A stretch of 64,000 bases of DNA, taken from IMG/VR virus record IMGVR_UViG_3300033068_001655, one strand, 5' to 3'. Origin of the DNA: a virus. Lineage: Duplodnaviria; Heunggongvirae; Uroviricota; Caudoviricetes. Made by a program: the position numbers and the translations under genes. Positions 20,483 to 29,074 of this stretch are shown in pieces (position 1 is the stretch's first letter; every line of letters begins with the position of its first letter). The notes under the pieces were generated by a model, which saw nothing but the letters and a program-made list of their open reading frames with translations, made no database searches and was not told the origin of the DNA.

Positions 20483-21274
20483 TTATTGTTGTTTATAACG
20501 TTTCATAATTTCAATTAAGAATGGATCTCTAACAATATCATCTTCTGTAAATTCGATAAATCCTATTCCTTCAACTCCTTGAAGTCTATCCCAAGCATCA
20601 TCTAATCCACATTTCTCTCCTTTATTTAATTTTAAGTCAATTTGGTCAGAATCTCCCATTATTACTAATTTAGATTCTTCTCCCATTCTGGAAATAAATG
20701 TTTTCATTTCTACTGGTGAACAGTTTTGAGATTCGTCAAAAATACAAAAAGAACCAACTGGTTTACCGTTAGCATCCCATTTTCCAAATGTAGATCCTCT
20801 TAGAAAGTTTAAAACAGTGTCTTTAATAACACCTCTTTCTTTTAGTAATTTTGTTGGTTCTGTTCCGATTAGTTTTGTTAAGCTATCGTAAAAGTGTGTA
20901 TAATAACTTAGTGTTTTCTCGTTTATATCTCCAGGTAAAGCACCTAAACCTCTGGTAGATGTTATTTCAACAATTGGTTTTGTTAAAACTATTTGATCAA
21001 TGTTTATTGAAGGGTCTTTAATACATTCTAAAGCTGTTAGTAAAGAAATTAAAGTTTTTCCTGTTCCTGCCGCACCTCTAACAAATGTTATTCTGTTATT
21101 TAAAATGGTGTCATGCATTTCTTTTTGTTTTTTGTTTTTAAATTTACAATTTACCTTAAATTGTGGAGTGCCTTGTGGTATAACTTCTTGTTTTGGTGCT
21201 CTTTTTTTAGGTTCTAATTTTTCCTTTGTTTCGTCTGCAATTGGTTTCTTCGTGGTTCTTCTGCGTACACTCAT
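20483..21274 (-). CDS. phoH: PhoH-family ATPase
   Basis: GAAGTGKT Walker A, LGALPGDI.EK, FLRGSTF, DESQN, GDSDQID, FTEDDIVR. Confidence 0.95.
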   Translation of the reverse strand: MSVRRRTTKKPIADETKEKLEPKKRAPKQEVIPQGTPQFKVNCKFKNKKQKEMHDTILNNRITFVRGAAGTGKTLISLLTALECIKDPSINIDQIVLTKPIVEITSTRGLGALPGDINEKTLSYYTHFYDSLTKLIGTEPTKLLKERGVIKDTVLNFLRGSTFGKWDANGKPVGSFCIFDESQNCSPVEMKTFISRMGEESKLVIMGDSDQIDLKLNKGEKCGLDDAWDRLQGVEGIGFIEFTEDDIVRDPFLIEIMKRYKQQ

Positions 21275-21362
21275 AAATTTAAAGTCTTATTTTTTAATAT
21301 ATATTATATTACTACTTCTCTATAAAGATTAGAAAAGGATTATTAAATTTAATATATATGTT

Positions 21363-22595
21363 ATGTGGACCAAAGAAGAAATAAAATACTTAATTGACAA
21401 TTATTCTAAGATGTCAAATAATGATATTGGTTTAAAATTAAATAAGAGTAAAAAGTCAATCGATTCTAAGGCAATAAAACTTGGTCTAAAAAAAGATAAT
21501 GATTATGTATCGAATATAAATAAGAAAAGAGTTTTGGATAGATGGGGTGATAATATATGGACTAAAGAAGATATTGACTTTTTGGTTACAAATCTGGGTA
21601 ATTTATCAAATTCCGAAATTTCAAAAAAACTAAAAAAAACTACTGCATCAATAAGTTCTAGAATTGGTTTACTTGGATTAAAAAGAATATCTAAATATAA
21701 TGATGAGTTTATAGAAAAGGAACGTTTAAAATATATAACTAAAAGAGAATTGAATTTAATGGATCCTAATTTGTATGCTTGGTTATATAAAAAGAAGAAA
21801 ATGTCAGATTTTTCAAAAGACATGTTGTCAATATCATATAGTACACCACAATTGATATTAAAATATATTTTAGTAAACCTATTAGGTGATAATATGAGAT
21901 ATAATGATAGAAGTGTTATAAAGCCATATGAAATAGATATTTACTATCCTGTATATAAATTAGGGTTTGAGTATGATGGAATGTTTTATCATAAAGACGA
22001 AGACGATAAATTTAAACATAAACTATGTAAAGATTTAGGTATTCTACTGATAACAATTGATGAATTGAAATTGGTTAAGAAAAATTTTATAAATTATGTT
22101 ATGAACATAAAGGAACAATTGATTGATAATTTAGAAATCTTAAATAGTTATTTAAGACTTAATATCGATAAAAATGACATTTTATCTATTCCGATAGATA
22201 ATAAGGAAGTTTTTAAAGGGTTATTTGATATAAACAAATTCAGAACAATCTGTAATGAATATGATGATTATAGTAAATTTATAAAAGAAAGAAAATCTAT
22301 TTACAATAAATTATATTATTTAGGATTACTAGAAGACTTTACAAGTCATATGAAAGTGTATAATACAAAAACAAATGAAGGATTAAAATTCATTTTAGAG
22401 AAAAGAGAATTTTATAAAAAAGGGGATCAAATATTGATAGAATATTGGTATAATAGTATGATAACCCCTTGTGTCATAATAGACATAGTTGGTAGAAAGT
22501 TTAAAGTAAGTCATGATGTAGAAGGTTCTGAAATAAAAAATGCCCCAGATGAAGTAGTTAAATCATCTGATATAATAGATAAATTAAAGAAATGA
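21363..22595 (+). CDS. PD-(D/E)XK endonuclease with N-terminal WTxEE HTH repeats and a C-terminal SH3/Tudor-like tail
   Basis: WTKEE/WTKED repeats; EIDIYYP..KLGFEYDG.FYH; tail KKGDQILIEYWYN...V..D..G..FKVSH. Confidence 0.7.
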   Translation: MWTKEEIKYLIDNYSKMSNNDIGLKLNKSKKSIDSKAIKLGLKKDNDYVSNINKKRVLDRWGDNIWTKEDIDFLVTNLGNLSNSEISKKLKKTTASISSRIGLLGLKRISKYNDEFIEKERLKYITKRELNLMDPNLYAWLYKKKKMSDFSKDMLSISYSTPQLILKYILVNLLGDNMRYNDRSVIKPYEIDIYYPVYKLGFEYDGMFYHKDEDDKFKHKLCKDLGILLITIDELKLVKKNFINYVMNIKEQLIDNLEILNSYLRLNIDKNDILSIPIDNKEVFKGLFDINKFRTICNEYDDYSKFIKERKSIYNKLYYLGLLEDFTSHMKVYNTKTNEGLKFILEKREFYKKGDQILIEYWYNSMITPCVIIDIVGRKFKVSHDVEGSEIKNAPDEVVKSSDIIDKLKK

Positions 22596-22822
22596 AATTA
22601 AAAAAATTTAATGAAACACTAGAGAATAAAAGATTCTTTTTTGACCAAGATTGTTCAAGTCATTGGTATATGGTTCCTGTTGATTTAAAAGATGAGTGGA
22701 GAAGACTAAATACTGATGATGAAGATGATTATGAGACAATTAGTGAATTTGAAGATGTCTTTGGACAATATAGTTTAGGAGGTGGTATTAGTCACATAAC
22801 ATTTGAAAATCCGATAAAATAA
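22592..22822 (+). CDS. Acidic hypothetical protein with capsid-targeting-like N-terminus
   Basis: Starts MKLKKFNETLE. ATGA overlap with the upstream gene. Confidence 0.7.
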   Translation: MKLKKFNETLENKRFFFDQDCSSHWYMVPVDLKDEWRRLNTDDEDDYETISEFEDVFGQYSLGGGISHITFENPIK

Positions 22823-22848
22823 AAAACCCATCATAAGATGGGTTTTTT
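22821..22848. terminator. Bidirectional intrinsic terminator
   Basis: aaaaaacccatc-ataa-gatgggtttttt between convergent genes. Confidence 0.85.
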
Positions 22849-22849
22849 A

Positions 22850-24058
22850 TTAGTCTAACATTTGCTCTACTAAACACTCGTAGAAAAATCTATCATAATC
22901 GTTGTTTTCAACATCTAAGTATTGTTCTTTAATGATGTCAAGTTCTTCATCTTTTAGTTTAATACCATTGTACTTAGTTAAAAGCCAATCGTATTGTTTA
23001 TCATTTCCAACAGAAATCTCAATTAAGTTATTTCCGTTGTCAAAGTAAGTTTTACCTTTTTTTGTTTTTTTACCACCTCTTCTAGTAGAACGTTTACCAC
23101 CATTTCTAACCATCATATCATCTTGGTCTTCCCAATCAGAGTAGTAGTCATAATCTCTATCTTTATTCTTAGTAGAACCACTTCTACTCCAAGAACTACC
23201 TGTATTAGAACGGTATGCAGTACCATAGTTACTCCAATCTGCAGGGTAATCACTTGTTGAATAAGAACTACTTGAGTAAGTAGATTTATAAGTTTTACCT
23301 TCGTAGATAGCAGGATCTCTTTTAGTTGGTAAGTTTTCCCAATCAACAGACAAACAAGCAGTTGATAAGTTTACTAAGTGTCTAATATCTTGATTTTCAT
23401 TTTTAGTGTGTTCTGAGTAATAACCAACAGAAACATTTGTACACTCTGGAATTAAATCTACGAACTCGGCAGAGTCAGTATAAACACCACCATCGTCTTT
23501 AATATATTTTAACTTATCTGATTTATTTAATTGTTGACATAATGCGTCTGCAAATACATCTGAACAACATCTTGCCCAAGATTGGTGTGTAATAATAGAA
23601 GTAGTACCACGTCTATCAAAAGAAATAATACGATCATATTTACCTTTAAATTCACCATATTTTGCAGCCAAACCAGAACCAATACAACCAACTTCTTCAC
23701 CAATGAAAAAGTAATAAGTTCCTGGAATGTTATGTTTCATCATCCAAATCATAATAGATACACCTGCTTTATCATCTGCACCAAGTGTAGTTGTACCATC
23801 AGTTCTAATAGTTTCACCATCAAGAACGTGTCTTACGTCTTCGTGTTTACTAGAAACGGTATCTAAGTGAGAAGCAAAAATAGTTCTTGATTCTCCAATT
23901 GAGTAGAAGTAATTTCCGTGAGTATCTTTATTAAGGTCTTTAGGTAAATAACCAGTTTTAACTAATTCATCGACAATGATATCCTCATAACCGTGAGGGT
24001 AAGTCTTTGAAGTCAGTTTTAAGAATAATTCAGGAATAAATTCGTTTACGTTTATCAT
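22850..24058 (-). CDS. M28/M20-clan zinc peptidase with low-complexity Ser/Tyr/Arg/Lys C-terminal region
   Basis: SHLDTV, GADDKAG, GEEVGCIGS, SFDRRG, YTDS, VGYYSEH. Confidence 0.85.
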   Translation of the reverse strand: MINVNEFIPELFLKLTSKTYPHGYEDIIVDELVKTGYLPKDLNKDTHGNYFYSIGESRTIFASHLDTVSSKHEDVRHVLDGETIRTDGTTTLGADDKAGVSIMIWMMKHNIPGTYYFFIGEEVGCIGSGLAAKYGEFKGKYDRIISFDRRGTTSIITHQSWARCCSDVFADALCQQLNKSDKLKYIKDDGGVYTDSAEFVDLIPECTNVSVGYYSEHTKNENQDIRHLVNLSTACLSVDWENLPTKRDPAIYEGKTYKSTYSSSSYSTSDYPADWSNYGTAYRSNTGSSWSRSGSTKNKDRDYDYYSDWEDQDDMMVRNGGKRSTRRGGKKTKKGKTYFDNGNNLIEISVGNDKQYDWLLTKYNGIKLKDEELDIIKEQYLDVENNDYDRFFYECLVEQMLD

Positions 24059-24075
24059 CTATTTTTTTATTTATA

Positions 24076-24083
24076 CAAATATA
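24076..24083 (-). promoter_or_regulatory. Bacteroidota-type sigma70 -7 element (TATATTTG)
   Basis: Matches TAnnTTTG, 17 nt upstream of the peptidase ATG. Confidence 0.6.
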
Positions 24084-24223
24084 CAACAAAAATTATAAAC
24101 AAACAACAATTTTATAATATATATTGTTATAGCTGTTATATAATTCATGTCGGGTATCAATAGGATACCTTTGAGATTTTAATTTAGAATCAAAGATATG
24201 GATAAAAAAATTAAAAACAAAAA

Positions 24224-25141
24224 ATGGCAAAGAAAACTGCAACAACTATTGTGGCACCAAGTGCTTGGATAGTTAATTCAAATGATAGAGGAAGAAAATC
24301 TGTCAAAAAAGGTAAAGTTTATCTTCAAGATAAAGAAGAATTTCAAATCGAACTTTACAATCCACTACAAAACTGCGTTTTAGCAGACATCAAATTAAAT
24401 GGTAATTCAATTTCTAAGTCAGGTTTAGTATTAAATCCTGGTCAAAGATTTTATTTAGATTGTTTTATTGATGATAAAAAGAAATTCATTTTCAATACTT
24501 ATGAAGTTGATGATAATGATGAAACCCAACAAGCTATTGCTAAAAATGGATTACTAGAAGTTTTCTTCTATAAAGAATCTGTTGTTACCTTAGAAAATTG
24601 GAATGATAAATTTAATCGTATTTTAACTGGTCGAACTTATCCATACTGGGTTTATCCTTGTTATCCTTGGGGTAGTATTTATTATGGTAATGGAACTACT
24701 GCAATTGGTGGTAGTTTAGCACATACTACTACAACAAATGGAAGTTTTGACTTAACAAATATTTCTAATAGTTCTTGTTCTTATTACTCTAATACTACAC
24801 CAATCAATGCTTCTTATACAAGTTCTATAGAAACTGGTAGAATCGAAAAAGGAGAGAAATCTCAACAAAAGTTTGAATCAATTGATATGGATTTTGATAA
24901 ATACTATATTGCTTCAACAATTTTACAAATTTTACCAGAAAGTAGAAAACCAGTTGAAACAAAAGAATTGAAAAAAGAAAGAAGAATTCAATCAGGTTTA
25001 TGGCCAAATCAGGAAAATTATAAGAATAAATCAGAAGATGTGATAGAACTAATAAAAAAACTATCAGAATTACACACTGCTGGTATACTAACAGACGAAG
25101 AATTTACAAATAAGAAAGCAGAATTACTTTCTAAAATATAA
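24224..25141 (+). CDS. Hypothetical protein with C-terminal SHOCT domain
   Basis: C-terminus IELIKKLSELHTAGILTDEEFTNKKAELL. Confidence 0.75.
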   Translation: MAKKTATTIVAPSAWIVNSNDRGRKSVKKGKVYLQDKEEFQIELYNPLQNCVLADIKLNGNSISKSGLVLNPGQRFYLDCFIDDKKKFIFNTYEVDDNDETQQAIAKNGLLEVFFYKESVVTLENWNDKFNRILTGRTYPYWVYPCYPWGSIYYGNGTTAIGGSLAHTTTTNGSFDLTNISNSSCSYYSNTTPINASYTSSIETGRIEKGEKSQQKFESIDMDFDKYYIASTILQILPESRKPVETKELKKERRIQSGLWPNQENYKNKSEDVIELIKKLSELHTAGILTDEEFTNKKAELLSKI

Positions 25142-25165
25142 TTAAACTAATAACAGCTATAGAAT

Positions 25166-25193
25166 AAAGAGGGTTTTTAACTCTCTTTTTTTT
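25166..25193 (+). terminator. Probable intrinsic terminator
   Basis: aaagaggg...ctctctt followed by a T-run. Confidence 0.55.
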
Positions 25194-25204
25194 ATATATA
25201 TGTT

Positions 25205-25714
25205 ATGAAGTACTTAAAAAAGTTTAACGAAAATAAGAATGTAATTGAAGATTTTTTCAAACCTTTAATCAATTTTGAATTGATTGATAATTTAGAAGCT
25301 ATGGTTGTTGAGTTTTTAGATGAAGATTGGACCTTATACTTAACTGTTAGATGTGATGGTAAAAATGGAGACACAAAACATAGTTGGAAACAAAATGAGA
25401 TTTATACATTACTGTATAATAGTGATAGAGAAAGTTACTCATATGGAACTATTGATTTATTTAAAAGAGAACATATACAAGGAATAGGAAGTGTAAAATA
25501 TGATCCATTTGAAGAATATGAGAAAAATGGATTAAACTATGTATTTTCAATACGTAAGAGAATTAGTTCGTCAATGGCAGCGGTTCATTTAGATCAATCT
25601 ACTATTATTTTAAAATCAATAAGAGCTTTATATCCGAATGAGAAAATAGATTTAGAATTAGATTTTGATGAAAGTTCAACATACCCTATAAATACAGAAA
25701 CAAATTACTCATGA
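25205..25714 (+). CDS. Hypothetical protein with capsid-targeting-like N-terminus
   Basis: Starts MKYLKKFNE. TATATA immediately upstream. Confidence 0.7.
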   Translation: MKYLKKFNENKNVIEDFFKPLINFELIDNLEAMVVEFLDEDWTLYLTVRCDGKNGDTKHSWKQNEIYTLLYNSDRESYSYGTIDLFKREHIQGIGSVKYDPFEEYEKNGLNYVFSIRKRISSSMAAVHLDQSTIILKSIRALYPNEKIDLELDFDESSTYPINTETNYS

Positions 25715-26157
25715 AATATTTAAAATTATTTAAAGAATCAAAACTATTTGGACAACACTTAGACGAAAAAGAATTAAGAGAGTTTTGTGAAATGTATCTA
25801 GCTTACTTAATTGATGAAGGATTTGAAGTTAATATTAGTAAAGAACGTGAAGATTCAATAACTTATTATTGGAAAGTTAAGATCTTCAAACTAGAATCAA
25901 AAGATTTATCATACTCACGTATGGAGTATGTTAAGTTCAAATGGAACTCAGTAAAAGATCATTTTATACCATTTTTTAAAATATTGGATGATAAATATAT
26001 AATTAAGAAAAATTACGCTTATACGGTTGCACTTCAAATGGTAAATGGTAGTAAACTTTGGGCAACTAATGATAATATACTAAATGATGATTTTAGTAAA
26101 AATTTCAAGAGAAGTCCTCTTAACTATATAGAAGTAATGTTATACTCTGAAAAATAA
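25711..26157 (+). CDS. Hypothetical protein with capsid-targeting-like N-terminus, paralog of 60095-60514
   Basis: MKYLKLFKES...FCEMYLAYLID...WNSVKDHFIPF. Confidence 0.75.
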   Translation: MKYLKLFKESKLFGQHLDEKELREFCEMYLAYLIDEGFEVNISKEREDSITYYWKVKIFKLESKDLSYSRMEYVKFKWNSVKDHFIPFFKILDDKYIIKKNYAYTVALQMVNGSKLWATNDNILNDDFSKNFKRSPLNYIEVMLYSEK

Positions 26158-26181
26158 AAAACCATCATTAAGATGGTTTTT
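26156..26181. terminator. Bidirectional intrinsic terminator
   Basis: aaaaaaccatc-atta-agatggttttt. Confidence 0.75.
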
Positions 26182-26419
26182 CTGTTTCTTTTATTAAGTC
26201 AAGTATTATTTGTCTATTATCTTTACATTGTTCTAAACACTTTTGTATCATTTCTAATCCACTTGGATGATTTAATAGTTTGTCTAGTCTTTCTTCTGAA
26301 AGTAAATCAACTAAAGTCCAAAATGGTCCTAATTGATTTCTCAGTTTAGCTTGTGGTGTTTCATTTACCCAATTACCATCAATGTCTTTATGACCTGTAC
26401 TTTCACTAAATTTTTTCAT
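26168..26419 (-). CDS. Hypothetical protein
   Basis: 83 aa, starts MKKFSES. Confidence 0.65.
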   Translation of the reverse strand: MKKFSESTGHKDIDGNWVNETPQAKLRNQLGPFWTLVDLLSEERLDKLLNHPSGLEMIQKCLEQCKDNRQIILDLIKETEKPS

Positions 26420-26844
26420 ATACCTAAATCATTTAATTTATTATCTCTAATTATTTTCTTTTTTATTTTACTATACTCACTTAAAGTGAAGTTTCTTATA
26501 TTCAATATTTCTAGTAAATGATCAATTTGTAATTCTGCCTCTTGTTTATCAAGTTCTCCTTTTATTTGATCAATATAATCTAGAAGTTCTTTTGAAATAA
26601 TTTTATACTCTGCTCGGATCTCTCTTAATCTGATTTTATATAAATCACCATCATCAATTGTATAATTATCATTTTCAATTTCTTCAATAGAACTAACTTC
26701 GTCAATATCTTTTTTTCTAATACATCTTAAATCATCATCAATTGGGTTAGTGTTGTTGTAGAAATGATAATAATAATCATAACCATAATCATAATCATTT
26801 CCTCTTTTTACTAACAAAACCACATAAATTAAACTTTCTTTCAT
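26416..26844 (-). CDS. Hypothetical protein with C-terminal RDNKLNDLGI tag
   Basis: 142-aa ORF coupled to its neighbour by an ATGA overlap. Confidence 0.7.
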   Translation of the reverse strand: MKESLIYVVLLVKRGNDYDYGYDYYYHFYNNTNPIDDDLRCIRKKDIDEVSSIEEIENDNYTIDDGDLYKIRLREIRAEYKIISKELLDYIDQIKGELDKQEAELQIDHLLEILNIRNFTLSEYSKIKKKIIRDNKLNDLGI

Positions 26845-26896
26845 ATTTTTAATTTTATTTTATATAGTATTTGAGAGTATATTCCTTTTTGTATTT

Positions 26897-28477
26897 TTAT
26901 AAAAAGTTTTTATAAAAATCTTTTTTAAATGTCCCTATTACCTTTCTATTGATTGACATATCACCAACTGAACAAATTTCCATCAAATCTCTAAATTGTT
27001 TAGTATCGAATGCTCTTTTAATATCACTTAAATTATCTTTATCATCTATAATAGCATATGAAAATTGTGTTAGTCCATAAACACCATCTTCATCTATAAA
27101 ACTACCCGCAGAAGATATTCTAAAATTACTCCAAACCAATTTAGGTATTCCAAAATGCCCATTATTTTTAGTATTTGAATACCACATTGTTAAAACATCA
27201 CCACTTTTTACGGTATAGATACATGGATATTTAAAATTATTATCTTGTATTTTAGATAAGTGATCTCTTTGTGTGTGATAAGAACTATCTGATATTATCT
27301 TAACTCTATCCTCATTATCATTTGCCAGTAATGATGTAAATAGTTTAAACATACCATTAGGTATGAATTCCATTTTAGAAAGATTTGCCTTCTCGATACT
27401 ACCATCCTGACATTTAATAGTAGTATCCAAAATACAATTTTGATTACATAAAATATAATAATCAAATCTAGTTTCGGCACCAAACATTTTCAATCCTTGT
27501 TTCTCATTAAAAACTTGTAATTCTAGTATTTGTTTTTCTTTTAACATATTTTGTGTTTCTTTAAAAACACCATCAACATTTCTCCATCCACTTGGATGAA
27601 CCATAACCATATATTTATTATCACCTAATATTTTAAGTGATTTTTTTACAAAGAGTTGCCATATTGGTTGTGTTTTGGTAAATCCTTCTTGTTGAACTTG
27701 ATATGGTGGATTCTGTATGATTAAATCAAACTTATCAACCTTCCAAACGTCTTTCATGTGTATATTGAAATCTTCCTCTAAAAAACTACCAAAGTAAGTA
27801 TTGGTTTTATATTCATCATAAGGGTCAATAGCACACAACCATAGGAAGGCATTACGACTTTGTAATTCACCGTAATATAAACATTTTTCTACAATGTGTT
27901 TAAATCTTACCTCCGGATCCTCAAAGCCTTTAACATCCTTCAATCCATTCATAAACTTAGCAGCACATATAATCAAAAATGTTCCTATACCAGCAGAACT
28001 ATCTAAAACCTTATGTTCTGGATTCTTCCAAAAATCTTCATCATATTTTTCGACTAAATCGACCATAGGACGAGCCAATTCATCCATAGGTGTCATTATC
28101 TCACCATGAGTTTTTCGTTCAACCTCGGCAACCTTAATAAACTCTCTAAACATTTTTACAAGATCTTTTAAATGTTCTATTTTAGATACTTTATTTCCAG
28201 TTATTTTTTCACGTAATTTATCCCATGAATATTGATCATCATCCATTAGTGATAAAATCGCAAGTCTTTTTTTGTGTAGCGGTAGTGATTTAATATAATT
28301 CATTAAATCAGTATCATTAGAATATTTAACCAACATAAGATTATCTATAACTAGTTCATAAATATTCTTATCTCCGGTTCTTTTGTAAATATTATCAACA
28401 TTACAAGAAGCACTTGAAAAGGTGTTTCCATAAACATTTGTTATTTGTAATTCATTTATTATCATATTTCTATCCAT
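26897..28477 (-). CDS. Gamma-class N6-adenine DNA methyltransferase (Eco57I/TaqI-like)
   Basis: GEIMTP, motif I LDSSAGIG, motif IV IIQNPPY, HPSGW, F.AETRFDY; TRD-like C-terminus. Confidence 0.9.
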   Translation of the reverse strand: MDRNMIINELQITNVYGNTFSSASCNVDNIYKRTGDKNIYELVIDNLMLVKYSNDTDLMNYIKSLPLHKKRLAILSLMDDDQYSWDKLREKITGNKVSKIEHLKDLVKMFREFIKVAEVERKTHGEIMTPMDELARPMVDLVEKYDEDFWKNPEHKVLDSSAGIGTFLIICAAKFMNGLKDVKGFEDPEVRFKHIVEKCLYYGELQSRNAFLWLCAIDPYDEYKTNTYFGSFLEEDFNIHMKDVWKVDKFDLIIQNPPYQVQQEGFTKTQPIWQLFVKKSLKILGDNKYMVMVHPSGWRNVDGVFKETQNMLKEKQILELQVFNEKQGLKMFGAETRFDYYILCNQNCILDTTIKCQDGSIEKANLSKMEFIPNGMFKLFTSLLANDNEDRVKIISDSSYHTQRDHLSKIQDNNFKYPCIYTVKSGDVLTMWYSNTKNNGHFGIPKLVWSNFRISSAGSFIDEDGVYGLTQFSYAIIDDKDNLSDIKRAFDTKQFRDLMEICSVGDMSINRKVIGTFKKDFYKNFL

Positions 28478-28716
28478 ATTTTATTGAATAATATATCAAT
28501 ATCATCATAACTTATATGATTATCATTTAAGTATGTTTCCATTTTTACTATTTTATCTTTTATTTTTTCATCTAACTTTTTATTTGTATTCTCCTCTATC
28601 ATATAGAATCCTATATCATCACCATAAGGAAAGTTCCATCTATCATCATAGTAATAAAAAGCAGATCTTACTGCTAATAAAAAATCGGAATTATCCACAA
28701 ACTCATTTACTATCAT
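28462..28716 (-). CDS. Hypothetical protein
   Basis: 84-aa ORF overlapping the MTase start. Confidence 0.55.
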   Translation of the reverse strand: MIVNEFVDNSDFLLAVRSAFYYYDDRWNFPYGDDIGFYMIEENTNKKLDEKIKDKIVKMETYLNDNHISYDDIDILFNKIWIEI

Positions 28717-29049
28717 ATCATTTCATAATTTTTTATACCTTTTACTTCCTGGTCTTTTGAAAGAAAGGTTATGACTAATAAAGTATTTTTATCAACATTT
28801 ATTAGTATTTTAAATTGGTTTTTAAAGTCGAAAAATACTACATCACCTTTTAAACTATTTTTTATACAACGGTCTATTATTTTCTCGACTATTTTCCCAA
28901 AATCATTTGTATCTTTTATTAAACTTCTTTTAATAAGTTTGTCATTTAGGTCGTGTTCATTTGTATGATTATATTTTATAACCCAACCTATAACTTTTTA
29001 TGTTATTTATTGACTCTAAATATAACTTAAATCTTTTGAGAAATCTCAT
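28713..29049 (-). pseudogene. Frameshifted gene (about 111 aa if repaired) with capsid-targeting-like N-terminus
   Basis: MRFLKRFKLYLESINNIK from ATG 29049 stops after 26 codons. Removing one base from the homopolymer at 28995-28999 joins it to an open frame (GWVIKYNHTNEHDL...LLVITFL...NYEMI) ending at 28713 with an ATGA overlap. Confidence 0.65.
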
Positions 29050-29074
29050 AATATATAATACTTTTTCTTATATA

